64,000 nucleotides of DNA from Winogradskyella sp. (GCA_965230605.1 CBDDLD010000004.1:181768-245767), one strand, 5' to 3'; shown: positions 19,501 through 29,621, counted from the first letter of the stretch. The notes: generated from the sequence alone by a model not told the origin. Numbers and translations are program-made.

Positions 19501-19671
19501 TGCTACTTTTTTGATAAGATCAAAGCAAGGGCATTTTTTACAGCGTTTCGATTCTGCTTTCTTATACTTCTTGCAGCACTTCGTCTTTACTTTTCCCAAG
19601 CTATTAGACCCGTGCTCTTTTATATTGAGTATACGTTGCTTTTTAAGTTTGCTGTCTTTCTTTTTACCCAT
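19501..19671 (-). CDS. Candidate small Lys-rich Cys4 protein (about 56 aa, MGKKKDSKLKKQRILNIKEHGSNSLGKVKTKCCKKYKKAESKRCKKCPCFDLIKKV)
   Basis: Minus-strand ORF with an ATG start and a zinc-ribbon-like CC...C..C..C pattern, lying between the ferritin and AraC genes. The + strand ORF in the track (19511..19699) is probably the spurious opposite frame. Confidence 0.3.
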
Positions 19672-19734
19672 TGATAGAATTTCAACGGGGCAAAAATAGT
19701 TATTTTAATTAAATCTAAATAAGATTTAACATTT

Positions 19735-20256
19735 TTATGCCCCACTATCTGGTGCAGCCGAACTTACTATGGTGAGTTGTTGAATATCTCTATCAAATAA
19801 ATATAGCCCCCCTTTATCGTCACCAATCATGTTGACTTTATCTAAAATGGTTCTGGCCATGGCTTCTTCTTCTATTTGCTCAGACACATACCATTGTAGA
19901 AAATTATGAGTAGCATAGTCCCTTTCCTCTAAAGTAATATGTACCAATTCATTAATACTTGAGGAAACAAAGATTTCGTGTTCTAATAATTTTTCGAACA
20001 TTTCTTTGAAAGAATTAAAGGTAACATTTGGTGCATTTAATTCTGATACATGTGCATGCCCGCCACGTTCATTAACAAACTTTATAAGCTTTAGCATATG
20101 CTCTCGCTCTTCATCTGATTGATCATACATAAAATTTGAAATTCCTTCCAAACCTTTCACTTCTGCCCAAACTGCCATTGCCAAGTATACTTGAGAAGAT
20201 TCTGCTTCAATTCTAATCTGCCTATTTAATGCAGTTTCAATAGTTTTAGATAACAT
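19735..20256 (-). CDS. ftn: Non-heme bacterial ferritin
   Basis: Ferritin diiron-site residues (E...EExEH pattern: ESSQVYLAMAVWAE ... DEEREHMLK). 173 aa. Confidence 0.85.
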   Translation of the reverse strand: MLSKTIETALNRQIRIEAESSQVYLAMAVWAEVKGLEGISNFMYDQSDEEREHMLKLIKFVNERGGHAHVSELNAPNVTFNSFKEMFEKLLEHEIFVSSSINELVHITLEERDYATHNFLQWYVSEQIEEEAMARTILDKVNMIGDDKGGLYLFDRDIQQLTIVSSAAPDSGA

Positions 20257-20396
20257 CTTTTACGTTTTTCACAAATGTAGGGACTAAAAAACACAAAAAA
20301 AACAATTGAACCCTCATGTATAAAATTTGATGCCAAATTCATTTTTATTCTAAATACCCTTTAGTATTTTTAATAAGCAAAAAAAGTTGAAAGCAA

Positions 20397-22982
20397 ATGT
20401 CTACACCACCAAAGTTAGCACGGTTTAATACAAACGTTCTTAATAAGTACCAGATATACAATGGTATTTTTATGACTTTGCCATTTGATGCGCTTTCAAA
20501 AACAGTTGCTTTATTACCACTGTTTTATGAAACGTGCAAAAAAGGGTTTGAAGTTGGTGATGATCCGTCTGTGATAGTACAGACTTTTTTCAAAAAATAT
20601 CAAGCAAGGCGTTCACACGAAAGCCAGATCAATTTATTATTTCGATTTATTCAATATATAGAACGCCAAGTTGTTTTGTTTGATGCTATTGAAGATGCAG
20701 CCTTTTCAGTTGTTAATAATATGGATGGTATAGGAACACTAAGGAGTCTAAAAGAAAACGCTGTAGCAGAAAATAAAAAACAATTATTAAGGGAATATTT
20801 AGAGGCTTTTAAGGTTCGTATTGTTTTAACTGCACATCCTACACAATTTTATCCGGGTACAGTTTTGGGGATCATTACAGATTTATCAGAAGCGATTAAG
20901 GAGGATAATCTGCCCGAGATAAATAATCTGCTGGCACAGTTAGGTAAAACACCTTTTTTCAAAGACAAAAAACCTACGCCATATGATGAGGCTGTGAACC
21001 TAATTTGGTACCTAAAAAATGTATTCTATAAATCGTTTGGAACCATTTATGATTATGTGCAGCAAAACATTTTTGATGATCAGCCTATTAATAATTCTAT
21101 TCTTAATATAGGGTTTTGGCCAGGAGGAGATAGAGATGGTAATCCATTTGTAACACCACAAATTACTATAGATGTTGCAAAGAAACTTAAAGAAGCCATC
21201 ATCAAGAATTATATAAAAGATGTAAAGTATCTTAGAAGAAGACTCACTTTCAAAGGCGTTAGAGAGCGCATTATTGATTTAAATCACCAGTTATATAATA
21301 CGTTGTTAGATAAAAATGAAGATCAGCAAATTACACTTGAGGCATTTGTAACAGAATTAAAATCTATTCACCAAATATTAATTACAGACCATCAATCGCT
21401 ATATATAGATAAGGTAAACTCACTAATTAATAAGACTACTATTTTTGGATTTCATTTTGCGAGCTTAGACATAAGGCAAGATAGTCGAGTACATGATAGT
21501 ATGTTTAATGCATTAGTTGAAGAGCTCATAGAGAATGACAGTTCTTTATTCCCACCTCATTATTTTGACCTTGAGTTAGAAGACCAATTAAATTACCTAT
21601 CGCAAGTCAATGGATCTATCGGAGCTATTGTTTTCAAGGATGAACAAGCTATAAATATTGTTGAAACGATAAGAGCAATGAAAATCATTCAAGAACAGAA
21701 TGGGGAATTGGCATGTAACCGATATGTTATCAGCAATAATCAAACAACACTGAATGTATTACAACTGTTTGCTATGCTCAAGATAGTTGCTTTTCACGAT
21801 AATCTAACTGCTGATATAGTTCCTCTTTTTGAAACGGTTGCAGATTTAGAAGTGTCTCCAAAGGTGATGGAAGATCTTTATCAAAACCCTCATTATAGAG
21901 CACACTTAAAACAACGCGGAAACAAACAAACCATTATGTTGGGCTTTAGTGATGGTACTAAAGATGGTGGTTATCTGATGGCAAATTGGGCCATATTTAA
22001 GGCTAAAGAAGCACTTACATTCGTGTCTAGACAATACGATATAGATGTTATTTTCTTTGATGGTAGAGGAGGTCCTCCTGCTCGAGGTGGAGGGAAAACA
22101 CATCAATTTTATGCGTCATTGGGGCCAACAATTGAAGACAAAGAAATACAACTTACGATTCAGGGGCAGACTGTAAGCTCTAATTTTGGAACTCTTGAGT
22201 CTTCACAATACAATATGGAACAGCTTATAAGTTCGGGTATTTCAAATCATTTGAATGATAAGAATCTAGAGATGCTTTCTGAGGATAAGAAAGTCATGGA
22301 CGATTTAGCCAGCCATAGCTATACAGCCTATGTAGCATTTAAAAATCATCCCAAGTTCTTAACATATTTAGAACAAATGAGCACGCTAAAATATTATGCT
22401 AAAACCAATATTGGAAGCCGTCCTTCTAAAAGAGGAAAATCTTCAAAACTAGTATTCTCTGACCTTAGAGCCATTCCTTTTGTAGGGAGTTGGAGTCAAC
22501 TGAAACAAAATGTCCCAGGGTTCTATGGTGTCGGAACTGCCCTTAAGATATATGAAGACCGAGGAGAATTTGATAAGGTGAAACAGTTGTATACCAATTC
22601 TAAATTTTTCAAAACTTTAATTGAAAACAGTATGATGTCTTTGACTAAATCATTTTTTAGTTTAACAAAGTATATGTCTGAAGATGAAGAATTTGGTGAG
22701 TTTTGGAATATAATATATGAGGAATATAAAACAAGTAAACGACTAATATTAAAGCTTACTGGTTACAAGGAGCTTATGGAAAATGAAGCTGTAGGTAGAG
22801 CCTCAATAGAAGTTAGAGAATCTATAGTATTACCTCTTTTAACTATACAACAATACGCCTTGAAAAAGGTTCAGGAACTACAAAAAAGTAAAGATGTAGA
22901 TCCTGAAACACTTGCTATTTATGAAAAGATTGTGACTCGGTCACTATTTGGTAATATCAATGCCAGTAGAAACTCTGCCTAG
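20397..22982 (+). CDS. ppc: Phosphoenolpyruvate carboxylase
   Basis: VLTAHPTQF active-site motif, a Gly-rich C-terminal loop FDGRGGPPARGGG, and a C-terminal ...NINASRNSA-type end. 861 aa. Confidence 0.9.
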   Translation: MSTPPKLARFNTNVLNKYQIYNGIFMTLPFDALSKTVALLPLFYETCKKGFEVGDDPSVIVQTFFKKYQARRSHESQINLLFRFIQYIERQVVLFDAIEDAAFSVVNNMDGIGTLRSLKENAVAENKKQLLREYLEAFKVRIVLTAHPTQFYPGTVLGIITDLSEAIKEDNLPEINNLLAQLGKTPFFKDKKPTPYDEAVNLIWYLKNVFYKSFGTIYDYVQQNIFDDQPINNSILNIGFWPGGDRDGNPFVTPQITIDVAKKLKEAIIKNYIKDVKYLRRRLTFKGVRERIIDLNHQLYNTLLDKNEDQQITLEAFVTELKSIHQILITDHQSLYIDKVNSLINKTTIFGFHFASLDIRQDSRVHDSMFNALVEELIENDSSLFPPHYFDLELEDQLNYLSQVNGSIGAIVFKDEQAINIVETIRAMKIIQEQNGELACNRYVISNNQTTLNVLQLFAMLKIVAFHDNLTADIVPLFETVADLEVSPKVMEDLYQNPHYRAHLKQRGNKQTIMLGFSDGTKDGGYLMANWAIFKAKEALTFVSRQYDIDVIFFDGRGGPPARGGGKTHQFYASLGPTIEDKEIQLTIQGQTVSSNFGTLESSQYNMEQLISSGISNHLNDKNLEMLSEDKKVMDDLASHSYTAYVAFKNHPKFLTYLEQMSTLKYYAKTNIGSRPSKRGKSSKLVFSDLRAIPFVGSWSQLKQNVPGFYGVGTALKIYEDRGEFDKVKQLYTNSKFFKTLIENSMMSLTKSFFSLTKYMSEDEEFGEFWNIIYEEYKTSKRLILKLTGYKELMENEAVGRASIEVRESIVLPLLTIQQYALKKVQELQKSKDVDPETLAIYEKIVTRSLFGNINASRNSA

Positions 22983-24196
22983 AAGAATTTAGAAATTGAG
23001 AGTCTGAGAAAGCTATCTTCACTAAAGTTAGACAATATAAACTCATTAGGATCAATGCTACTAAATATTCTGGCTTCAATTTCAGCAGTCCAACTATTTC
23101 CTATTCTTCGTGAGGCTTCAAGGCTGAATATCTTACTACTCGATTCGAGATCAGCTATACCTCCAATTAAGATTGATGTGTCCTGAACATCATTAAATGC
23201 AATTCGGCTTCCAAAGAACAAATCATTCTGTAATGCAGTTAATGCTAATTCATCACGCTCATCATATAAATACTCACTCAATACACCAATATCTAAACCA
23301 TTCCCGTCGATATTGCTAAAGGTATATTCTAGCCCACCTACAAATGCTATAAAATCTTGGGCATCTGCATGCCGATATATAGATTCAAATTTCCAAAGAA
23401 AAGCATTGTGTGTTATTTGTATATCCACACCGGTTTGATTGATCACCGGATAAAATGCATTAATACCACCTTGATTATCAAAAGTAAATAAAGGTTCTCT
23501 ACCATTTCCATAAAAATGGGATAAACCTATATCAAAAGCGCCGACGAAATAAGACCACCTAAATGCAAAATCCTGTCGCCATTCTTCAGCACCGCTCTCA
23601 TATGTTAAATCATCTTTATCAATAACTATAGGGAATCTTAAGCGACCAGCTTCACCAGCAAAAGTACGTTTGCGATGATATGGTAAATAGAAGAAGTCAA
23701 AAGTTCCATAGTTATTAGTGATCCAAGTAAATTGCACCATGGGCTGCCCTAATTTATCCTCCCCATCAAAAGATTCTACGGCATCGGTTTGATTGATAAC
23801 ATCCACAAGATGATTGCTTTCTGCAACGCCCCAATATATTTTTTTAGCACCAATACTTAACTCCCAATTACCTTTTGCTTTCTGATAATAGAGTTCTCTT
23901 ATATCCCAGTGTGTTCTTGAGTCATCTCTATCGATTCTTAGAAACCCTGTAAAGTTGATACTTTCATAACCATCATTCCATTCTAAAGTGTATTCCGGAC
24001 GGAAAGCTAAAGATGGAAAATGTGTTTTTTGGTCTTCAAAGGCATTATCATCATAGAAATAGCGATACTCTGCTTCAATTTCTAATTCAAAATCACTATT
24101 GAGATTACTTTCAGAAGCATTCTGAGCCATAGTGTAAGATGTAGTTCCTATGATGAATAGCAGGGTGTAAGTGGCTTTTTTAATATTAAAACTCAT
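22979..24196 (-). CDS. Outer-membrane beta-barrel protein (DUF1302-like partner of the MMPL exporter)
   Basis: Signal peptide, alternating amphipathic beta-strand pattern, C-terminal Phe. Last gene of the TetR-MMPL-LolA-like operon. Confidence 0.5.
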   Translation of the reverse strand: MSFNIKKATYTLLFIIGTTSYTMAQNASESNLNSDFELEIEAEYRYFYDDNAFEDQKTHFPSLAFRPEYTLEWNDGYESINFTGFLRIDRDDSRTHWDIRELYYQKAKGNWELSIGAKKIYWGVAESNHLVDVINQTDAVESFDGEDKLGQPMVQFTWITNNYGTFDFFYLPYHRKRTFAGEAGRLRFPIVIDKDDLTYESGAEEWRQDFAFRWSYFVGAFDIGLSHFYGNGREPLFTFDNQGGINAFYPVINQTGVDIQITHNAFLWKFESIYRHADAQDFIAFVGGLEYTFSNIDGNGLDIGVLSEYLYDERDELALTALQNDLFFGSRIAFNDVQDTSILIGGIADLESSSKIFSLEASRRIGNSWTAEIEARIFSSIDPNEFILSNFSEDSFLRLSISKFF

Positions 24197-24317
24197 TATT
24201 TCAAATTAAGAGTAATGACCATTGGCTACAAAAAAACTAATTAACCAATTATTCGTATTATCTGATAAAGAACACGTAGCCAATGGCATTACTATTTAAG
24301 CTATTAATCAGTGACTA

Positions 24318-25094
24318 TTATTTTCCGGCACGTTTGAGCGCTACCTGAGTAAAATCTTCATCTGTTAGATTAACGTCAAAATTGTAATCGCTAAACTCTA
24401 ATAAGGTCTTCTTATTCGTTTGATGATTAACCATATTAAATGTTGCCGCTCTCCAAAACTTGTTTTTATATAATTTATAGTTGGAGTAGGTCAATGTTTT
24501 TAAAAGGGCATTTTTTCTGTCATAGAATTCTACTTTTTCTATTCTATAACCTTTGTCTTTATTGTATGTGACAAGACGTCTTGTATAACCCGATTTAGGG
24601 TCTACAGGATCTTGCTCTACAACGAGAAGACTGCCTTCAGCTTTTAAGAATTTATAGGTGTATTTCTCAACTTCTTGAGAAGATAAATCCTCATAGGCAA
24701 ATTCGCTGCCAACAAAAGGTCCTGATTTATTATTTGATGAGATACGTTTTACACGTTTAATAGATGGCAAGAATAACCATTGGTCATCTGAACCAACCTT
24801 ATGTGTGAAAGTAAGTGTTGATGTACCTTTCACATCTTTAGGACTATTAAAAACAATAAGAGATTTATCACCATCTTCTGTTAATTCAAGTGTTTTGGTA
24901 GTTAATAAGCGTTGACTTGTTTGGCCATTCTTATTTTTAAGGGTCATTTTTAGATTCACTACAGAGCTTCCAAAACCTAAGTCTGCTTGTTCAGCAGCTT
25001 TGGCAATCTCTAGTCCTCGTTGCTCTGCTGATTGTGCATTAGAGCTAAAAGAACTTATAAATAAGGGGATTCCTAATAAAAAAAGTCGTTTCAT
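24318..25094 (-). CDS. Outer membrane lipoprotein-sorting (LolA-like, DUF1329-type) protein
   Basis: Signal peptide, about 250 aa. Position is conserved immediately downstream of the MMPL transporter. Confidence 0.6.
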   Translation of the reverse strand: MKRLFLLGIPLFISSFSSNAQSAEQRGLEIAKAAEQADLGFGSSVVNLKMTLKNKNGQTSQRLLTTKTLELTEDGDKSLIVFNSPKDVKGTSTLTFTHKVGSDDQWLFLPSIKRVKRISSNNKSGPFVGSEFAYEDLSSQEVEKYTYKFLKAEGSLLVVEQDPVDPKSGYTRRLVTYNKDKGYRIEKVEFYDRKNALLKTLTYSNYKLYKNKFWRAATFNMVNHQTNKKTLLEFSDYNFDVNLTDEDFTQVALKRAGK

Positions 25095-25107
25095 AATGTT
25101 TTGAGTT

Positions 25108-27495
25108 TTATTTGTTTATTAATTCAGGGTTAACAGATTCTTTTTTACTGGTTAAGATTAAAAGTGAGGGTAGCAATATAAAATCAATCACTAGTGCAGC
25201 TATAATAATGATGACAGTAATACGTGCCATATAACTATTTAAAGCAAAAGATGAAGTAGATAAAACAGCAAATCCTGCTAATAGCACAAGTGTTGTGGTT
25301 ACCAAAGCACGACCCACAGTTTCGAATGCATAGATCACAGCTTGTTTAGCATCATAGCCTAGCTCTCGTCGGGCTCTAAGGAATTTACTCATAAAGTGCA
25401 CTGTATCATCTACTATAATGCCTAATGTCATACCAAAAACGATCACCATTCCGGTATTGATCTGTGCTTTATAGAGCGCCCAAATACCAAACCCAACCAA
25501 TACAGGTGTTACATTTGGAATAATACTTAATAGCCCTAGTTTAAAGTTTCTTAAGGCTAACATTAAGACTAATGAGATTAAGATCAGAGCAATAATATTT
25601 CCTTTAAACATACTGTCTGCTTGTCTAAAGCCCAGTTTAGAAAACATTAGAGTTGGACTTACGCCTAGGGCGTGCATATAGTTTGGGGTATTATTCTTTA
25701 ACCACTCTTCACCACGCTTTGAAAATTCAATCATTTCTGAGCTTGATACATTTTCGATGGTAACAGTAACACGCGTTTCTGATTTATCTACATTAATTTG
25801 ATTGTTAAGATCCAGACCGAATGGCAGAGATAACTCGTAGAGCAGTAGGTACTGCGCAGCCTCTTCACGATTATTGGGTACACGGTAAAAACTTTCATCA
25901 TCTCCATGCATAGATCTATTAATACGTCTGGCAACCTCACTAAAGGCATTCACGTGTACTACCTCGGGTTGTTGATTCAACCAATCTTCAAAAGCATTTA
26001 AACTTTGTAAATACTCCGGGTTATTTATACCACCACTTTCGCCACTACCTATAGAATATTCAATGTTATAAATTCCGGTAAGGTTTTCACTGATATAGTC
26101 AGTATCTGTTCTAAAAGCGACACTTTCATCAAAGTAATTAATGAACTCATCATTAAATCGATTCTTAGTTGCTAAAAAAGTAAGTATCCCGATAAACACC
26201 AGTGACAAAACAGATAATCTCACAGGTTGTTTTACCACATAATTACCAAGGTTAGAGTACCAATTAGATCCTACTTTTTTACCTGAATCTGTTGCTTTTT
26301 TCTTAACCGGGAATATGGCCATAAGTGCCGGCAGGGTTGTTGTGGAAAATAAGAACGCCATAGTCATACCAAAAGCAGTAATATTACCTAAATCCCAGAA
26401 TGGTGGCACCTCTCCAAAGTTCATGGTTAAAAACCCAATGACTGTTGTTAAACTGGTAATAAATACCGGCATAAAGTTTAAGCGCATAGACTCTACTAAA
26501 GCATCGTATTTACTCAGACCATCTTTACGCATTTTTTGTAGCATTGTAATGAGTATATGTATACTATCTGCTACGGCTAGTGTCATTATCATTGTAGGGA
26601 AAACAGCCGATGGTGGTGTTAGTCTTATACCCATTAGGCCTACAAAACCAACAGCACTAATTATAGAGAAGAGAACTACAAAAAGTGTAGATACAGTAGC
26701 ATAGAAATTTCGTGTAAGGATTAAGGTGACTAGGATAACGATAAGCAACATGCCGGCAGTAAGCATAAGGTCGCGCTGAGAAGATTCAAAGAAGGCAGTA
26801 TTTAATGGCACAAGTCCAGAGGAGTGCACTTCAAAATTTGGATGTTTTTCTTTGAATTTGGACACCATGTCGCGCACAAAAGTGGTTACTTCAGGAATTT
26901 CTGTAGCACTATTTTCACCAGGTAACTTCACGGTGATGTTTATAGCAGTGACACTACCAGATTCATTTAAAATCCGATGAACTAATAAAGGCTCTTTTAA
27001 AGCCTTGGCTTTTATTTCTTTGATTTCAGCATCTGACTTTAATGATGATTCATAAGATAGATCATCGACATAAAGATCATCACCTTCAGCACTGGTATGC
27101 TGAAAATTGGTGACAGCATCTACTCTTGATGAATATGGTGTATTCCATGCTTCAGCGGTAAGTTCTTCGATAGCTGTAAGGTTATTCTTGGTAAAAACAT
27201 CACCATTAGAAGGTGTTAGAACCAGAATAACATTATCATCTTTAGTATACTTTTCTTGCAAAGCATCAAAAGCTTCTAGCTCAGGATTAGATTCACTGAA
27301 GAAAACATGATAATCGCCATCAAATTCCATTTTACCTTGGGAACCTAATCCCATAGCAAGAAGAATTGTAGCAATTAAAACGGGCCATTTATATTTGATG
27401 ACAAAGTTGGCCCAACGCTTTGCGAATTGGTTAGAGGCATTACTAACTTTTTTTAGAGCATTCATTTGTTTTTTTGGTTTAAGTTGACCAGTCAA
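25108..27495 (-). CDS. MMPL/RND superfamily exporter (two sterol-sensing-type 6-TM bundles, two periplasmic loops)
   Basis: 795 aa, 12 TM helices in a 1+5 / 1+5 arrangement, conserved RND TM4/TM10 Asp-containing motifs (e.g. GIIVDDTVH). The true start is possibly the internal Met at about 27465 (MNALKK). Confidence 0.8.
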   Translation of the reverse strand: MTGQLKPKKQMNALKKVSNASNQFAKRWANFVIKYKWPVLIATILLAMGLGSQGKMEFDGDYHVFFSESNPELEAFDALQEKYTKDDNVILVLTPSNGDVFTKNNLTAIEELTAEAWNTPYSSRVDAVTNFQHTSAEGDDLYVDDLSYESSLKSDAEIKEIKAKALKEPLLVHRILNESGSVTAINITVKLPGENSATEIPEVTTFVRDMVSKFKEKHPNFEVHSSGLVPLNTAFFESSQRDLMLTAGMLLIVILVTLILTRNFYATVSTLFVVLFSIISAVGFVGLMGIRLTPPSAVFPTMIMTLAVADSIHILITMLQKMRKDGLSKYDALVESMRLNFMPVFITSLTTVIGFLTMNFGEVPPFWDLGNITAFGMTMAFLFSTTTLPALMAIFPVKKKATDSGKKVGSNWYSNLGNYVVKQPVRLSVLSLVFIGILTFLATKNRFNDEFINYFDESVAFRTDTDYISENLTGIYNIEYSIGSGESGGINNPEYLQSLNAFEDWLNQQPEVVHVNAFSEVARRINRSMHGDDESFYRVPNNREEAAQYLLLYELSLPFGLDLNNQINVDKSETRVTVTIENVSSSEMIEFSKRGEEWLKNNTPNYMHALGVSPTLMFSKLGFRQADSMFKGNIIALILISLVLMLALRNFKLGLLSIIPNVTPVLVGFGIWALYKAQINTGMVIVFGMTLGIIVDDTVHFMSKFLRARRELGYDAKQAVIYAFETVGRALVTTTLVLLAGFAVLSTSSFALNSYMARITVIIIIAALVIDFILLPSLLILTSKKESVNPELINK

Positions 27496-27622
27496 TTAGT
27501 GACAGGAGGTTTGTTATTATTAATTGATTTATTAGTAAGACGTTTTGCATTATTTTGTCGGGGACATTTAAATACAAAAAATTAAATAATTGACCAGTCG
27601 TCTACAATCTGATCAAAAAAAA

Positions 27623-28270
27623 TTATTTAAGTAATACTTTACGTATCATAGTCATAAAATTATCTATAGGATACGAACTTTTCATTTCTTTCATACTCGT
27701 CATAGCACCTTTACCTGCATCTTCAATAAAAACAGCAAGATCTCTTGCATCTATAGTAGCATCTAATTCATTATAATCCTGTGCTTCTTGGATAACTCCG
27801 GTAATGAGTTCTATAACCATCTTTTCTTTGTTATAGATCGCTGTTCTAATTTTTTCACTATGCTCAGCCATTTCACTACCTAGATTACAAGCCATGCATC
27901 CCATTTGACAATCCATGTCATTCTTCAGAACATTATATCTGTATTCATGAAAATCTAAAAGGCGTTGTTTAGGAGAAATACTTGTATTAAGTAAAATTTC
28001 TTTGGCAGGCGTAAACTGTAAATTAAAATAGCGCTCAATAGCTTTTACAGTAAAATCCTCTTTACTATCAAAATAAAAATAGAAAGACCCTTTAGGAATA
28101 CCTGCTGCTTTTACAATGTCATTTACACTGGTAGCATTGTATCCTTTAGACCATAACAAAGGCATGCCTTTATCTAAAAGGGCATCTGCTTTAATATCGT
28201 GTTTAAGGGTATTAGCCATCTGATTTTTTAATAGGGTACAAAAATATGACCACTCGTCTAGTAAATCCAA
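27623..28270 (-). CDS. TetR/AcrR family transcriptional regulator
   Basis: N-terminal HTH (GYNATSVNDIVKAAGIPKGSFYFYF). The ORF as drawn starts with TTG. An ATG (MANTLKHD) about 51 nt downstream, near 28219, is the more likely start. Confidence 0.8.
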   Translation of the reverse strand: MDLLDEWSYFCTLLKNQMANTLKHDIKADALLDKGMPLLWSKGYNATSVNDIVKAAGIPKGSFYFYFDSKEDFTVKAIERYFNLQFTPAKEILLNTSISPKQRLLDFHEYRYNVLKNDMDCQMGCMACNLGSEMAEHSEKIRTAIYNKEKMVIELITGVIQEAQDYNELDATIDARDLAVFIEDAGKGAMTSMKEMKSSYPIDNFMTMIRKVLLK

Positions 28271-28540
28271 ATCTTAGGTGTTAAATTTTTTATAATGCAA
28301 CTTAAAGCCCTGTGTATAAGCCAAAAGTTTGATTAAAAATTTGGATTTATCTATAAAATAATAGCATATTTGCATCCGTATGAGAAAAACAATAGTACAT
28401 AGGGCACCGATTTCACTGAATTGTCAGTGGGATTATCGTGGGATGAGTGAATCTTTTCCCGGGAAAAGGACGTTATGTGACTATTTTTAATCATTTTTAG
28501 AGAATGAATTAAGTTAAAAACCGAAATAGATACAAGCGTC

Positions 28541-28572
28541 CAAGAATATTGGGCGCTTTTTTTATGAAAAAA
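28541..28572 (+). terminator. Rho-independent terminator (+ strand) in the long intergenic region
   Basis: AGCGTCCAAgaataTTGGGCGCTttttttt, a 9-bp stem containing one G-U pair followed by T7. Confidence 0.6.
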
Positions 28573-28924
28573 AATGAATGATTTTGAAACTGAATCGTAA
28601 AAACTAAAATAATAGACTTTGAAGTATAAGCAATTGGGAGACAGACTATTGCCAAACTACTTAAGAATCTGCATATAAGCGGACAGGAATTCCTTTATCT
28701 AAAAATAAGTTTAACTAATTGATAATCAATAAATTAAATGAAAATTTTATTTGTTTTTTAAAAAATTGTTTTCATATTTGCACCGCAGTTTTAAATAAAA
28801 GCTGAATTAAATATTAATTAAAATAAGAAGCCATGCTAACGCATAAGATCATTATGAATTTAAGTTGTGACCTCGAGTCATTTATTAGGCTTCGGTATTA
28901 TTTGTAGAATTACTTTCCAAATAA

Positions 28925-28968
28925 GAATCCGAAGCAAACCCAACTGTTTCGGATTTTTTATTCCTAAC
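28925..28968 (+). terminator. Hairpin plus T-run (candidate terminator, + strand)
   Basis: AATCCGAAgcaaacccaactgTTTCGGATTtttt, an 8-bp stem. Confidence 0.4.
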
Positions 28969-29050
28969 ATTTAGAATATCAATATCTGATCAGTTATAAG
29001 AACTACTATATGTGGTGTCTTTTAACAGTAACAATTTATGAATAAACAGA

Positions 29051-29584
29051 ATGGAAAATAATTTAAATAACAACTATTTGTTTCAGGCTTTAGATGCCTA
29101 TCCGTATGAATTAGAGCAGACTTTAGAAGCGTTAAACTATGCCTTATCATACAATCCAAAAGATGCACATGCATTATGGTTAATGGGTAGAGTATATGCA
29201 GAACAATTAAGAGATTTTGAAGCAGCTAAAAGCTACTTCGAAGAGGCAGTCACACATCAATTAGAGCTGACGAAGATTTATCCGTATTACATACTAACCT
29301 TACTATGGAATGAGGATTACAAAGAAGCTCAAAAATTATTGGATTATGCACTAACGCTTAAGAGTTCGGATAAAGCATGGTTACAATTATTACAGGGACA
29401 GCTTTATGAAAGTCAAATTAATTACAAAGCGGCTAAGAGCGCCTATAAAGCAGCTATAAAACTAGCATTAAACAATTGCTTTATAACTCATGTTGAAGCC
29501 GAATTAGGAAGACTTAAAAAGAAAGTTAAACCCAAGAAGAAGAAAACAAAACGCAAGTCGAATAAAAAAAGAAAGGAGGACTAA
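29051..29584 (+). CDS. TPR-like repeat protein with Lys-rich C-terminal tail
   Basis: TPR-like A/Y/L periodicity. C-terminus KKKVKPKKKKTKRKSNKKRKED. Confidence 0.45.
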   Translation: MENNLNNNYLFQALDAYPYELEQTLEALNYALSYNPKDAHALWLMGRVYAEQLRDFEAAKSYFEEAVTHQLELTKIYPYYILTLLWNEDYKEAQKLLDYALTLKSSDKAWLQLLQGQLYESQINYKAAKSAYKAAIKLALNNCFITHVEAELGRLKKKVKPKKKKTKRKSNKKRKED

Positions 29585-29621
29585 AAATCGGCAAATTTCG
29601 GTTTGCCGATTTAAAAGCAAA

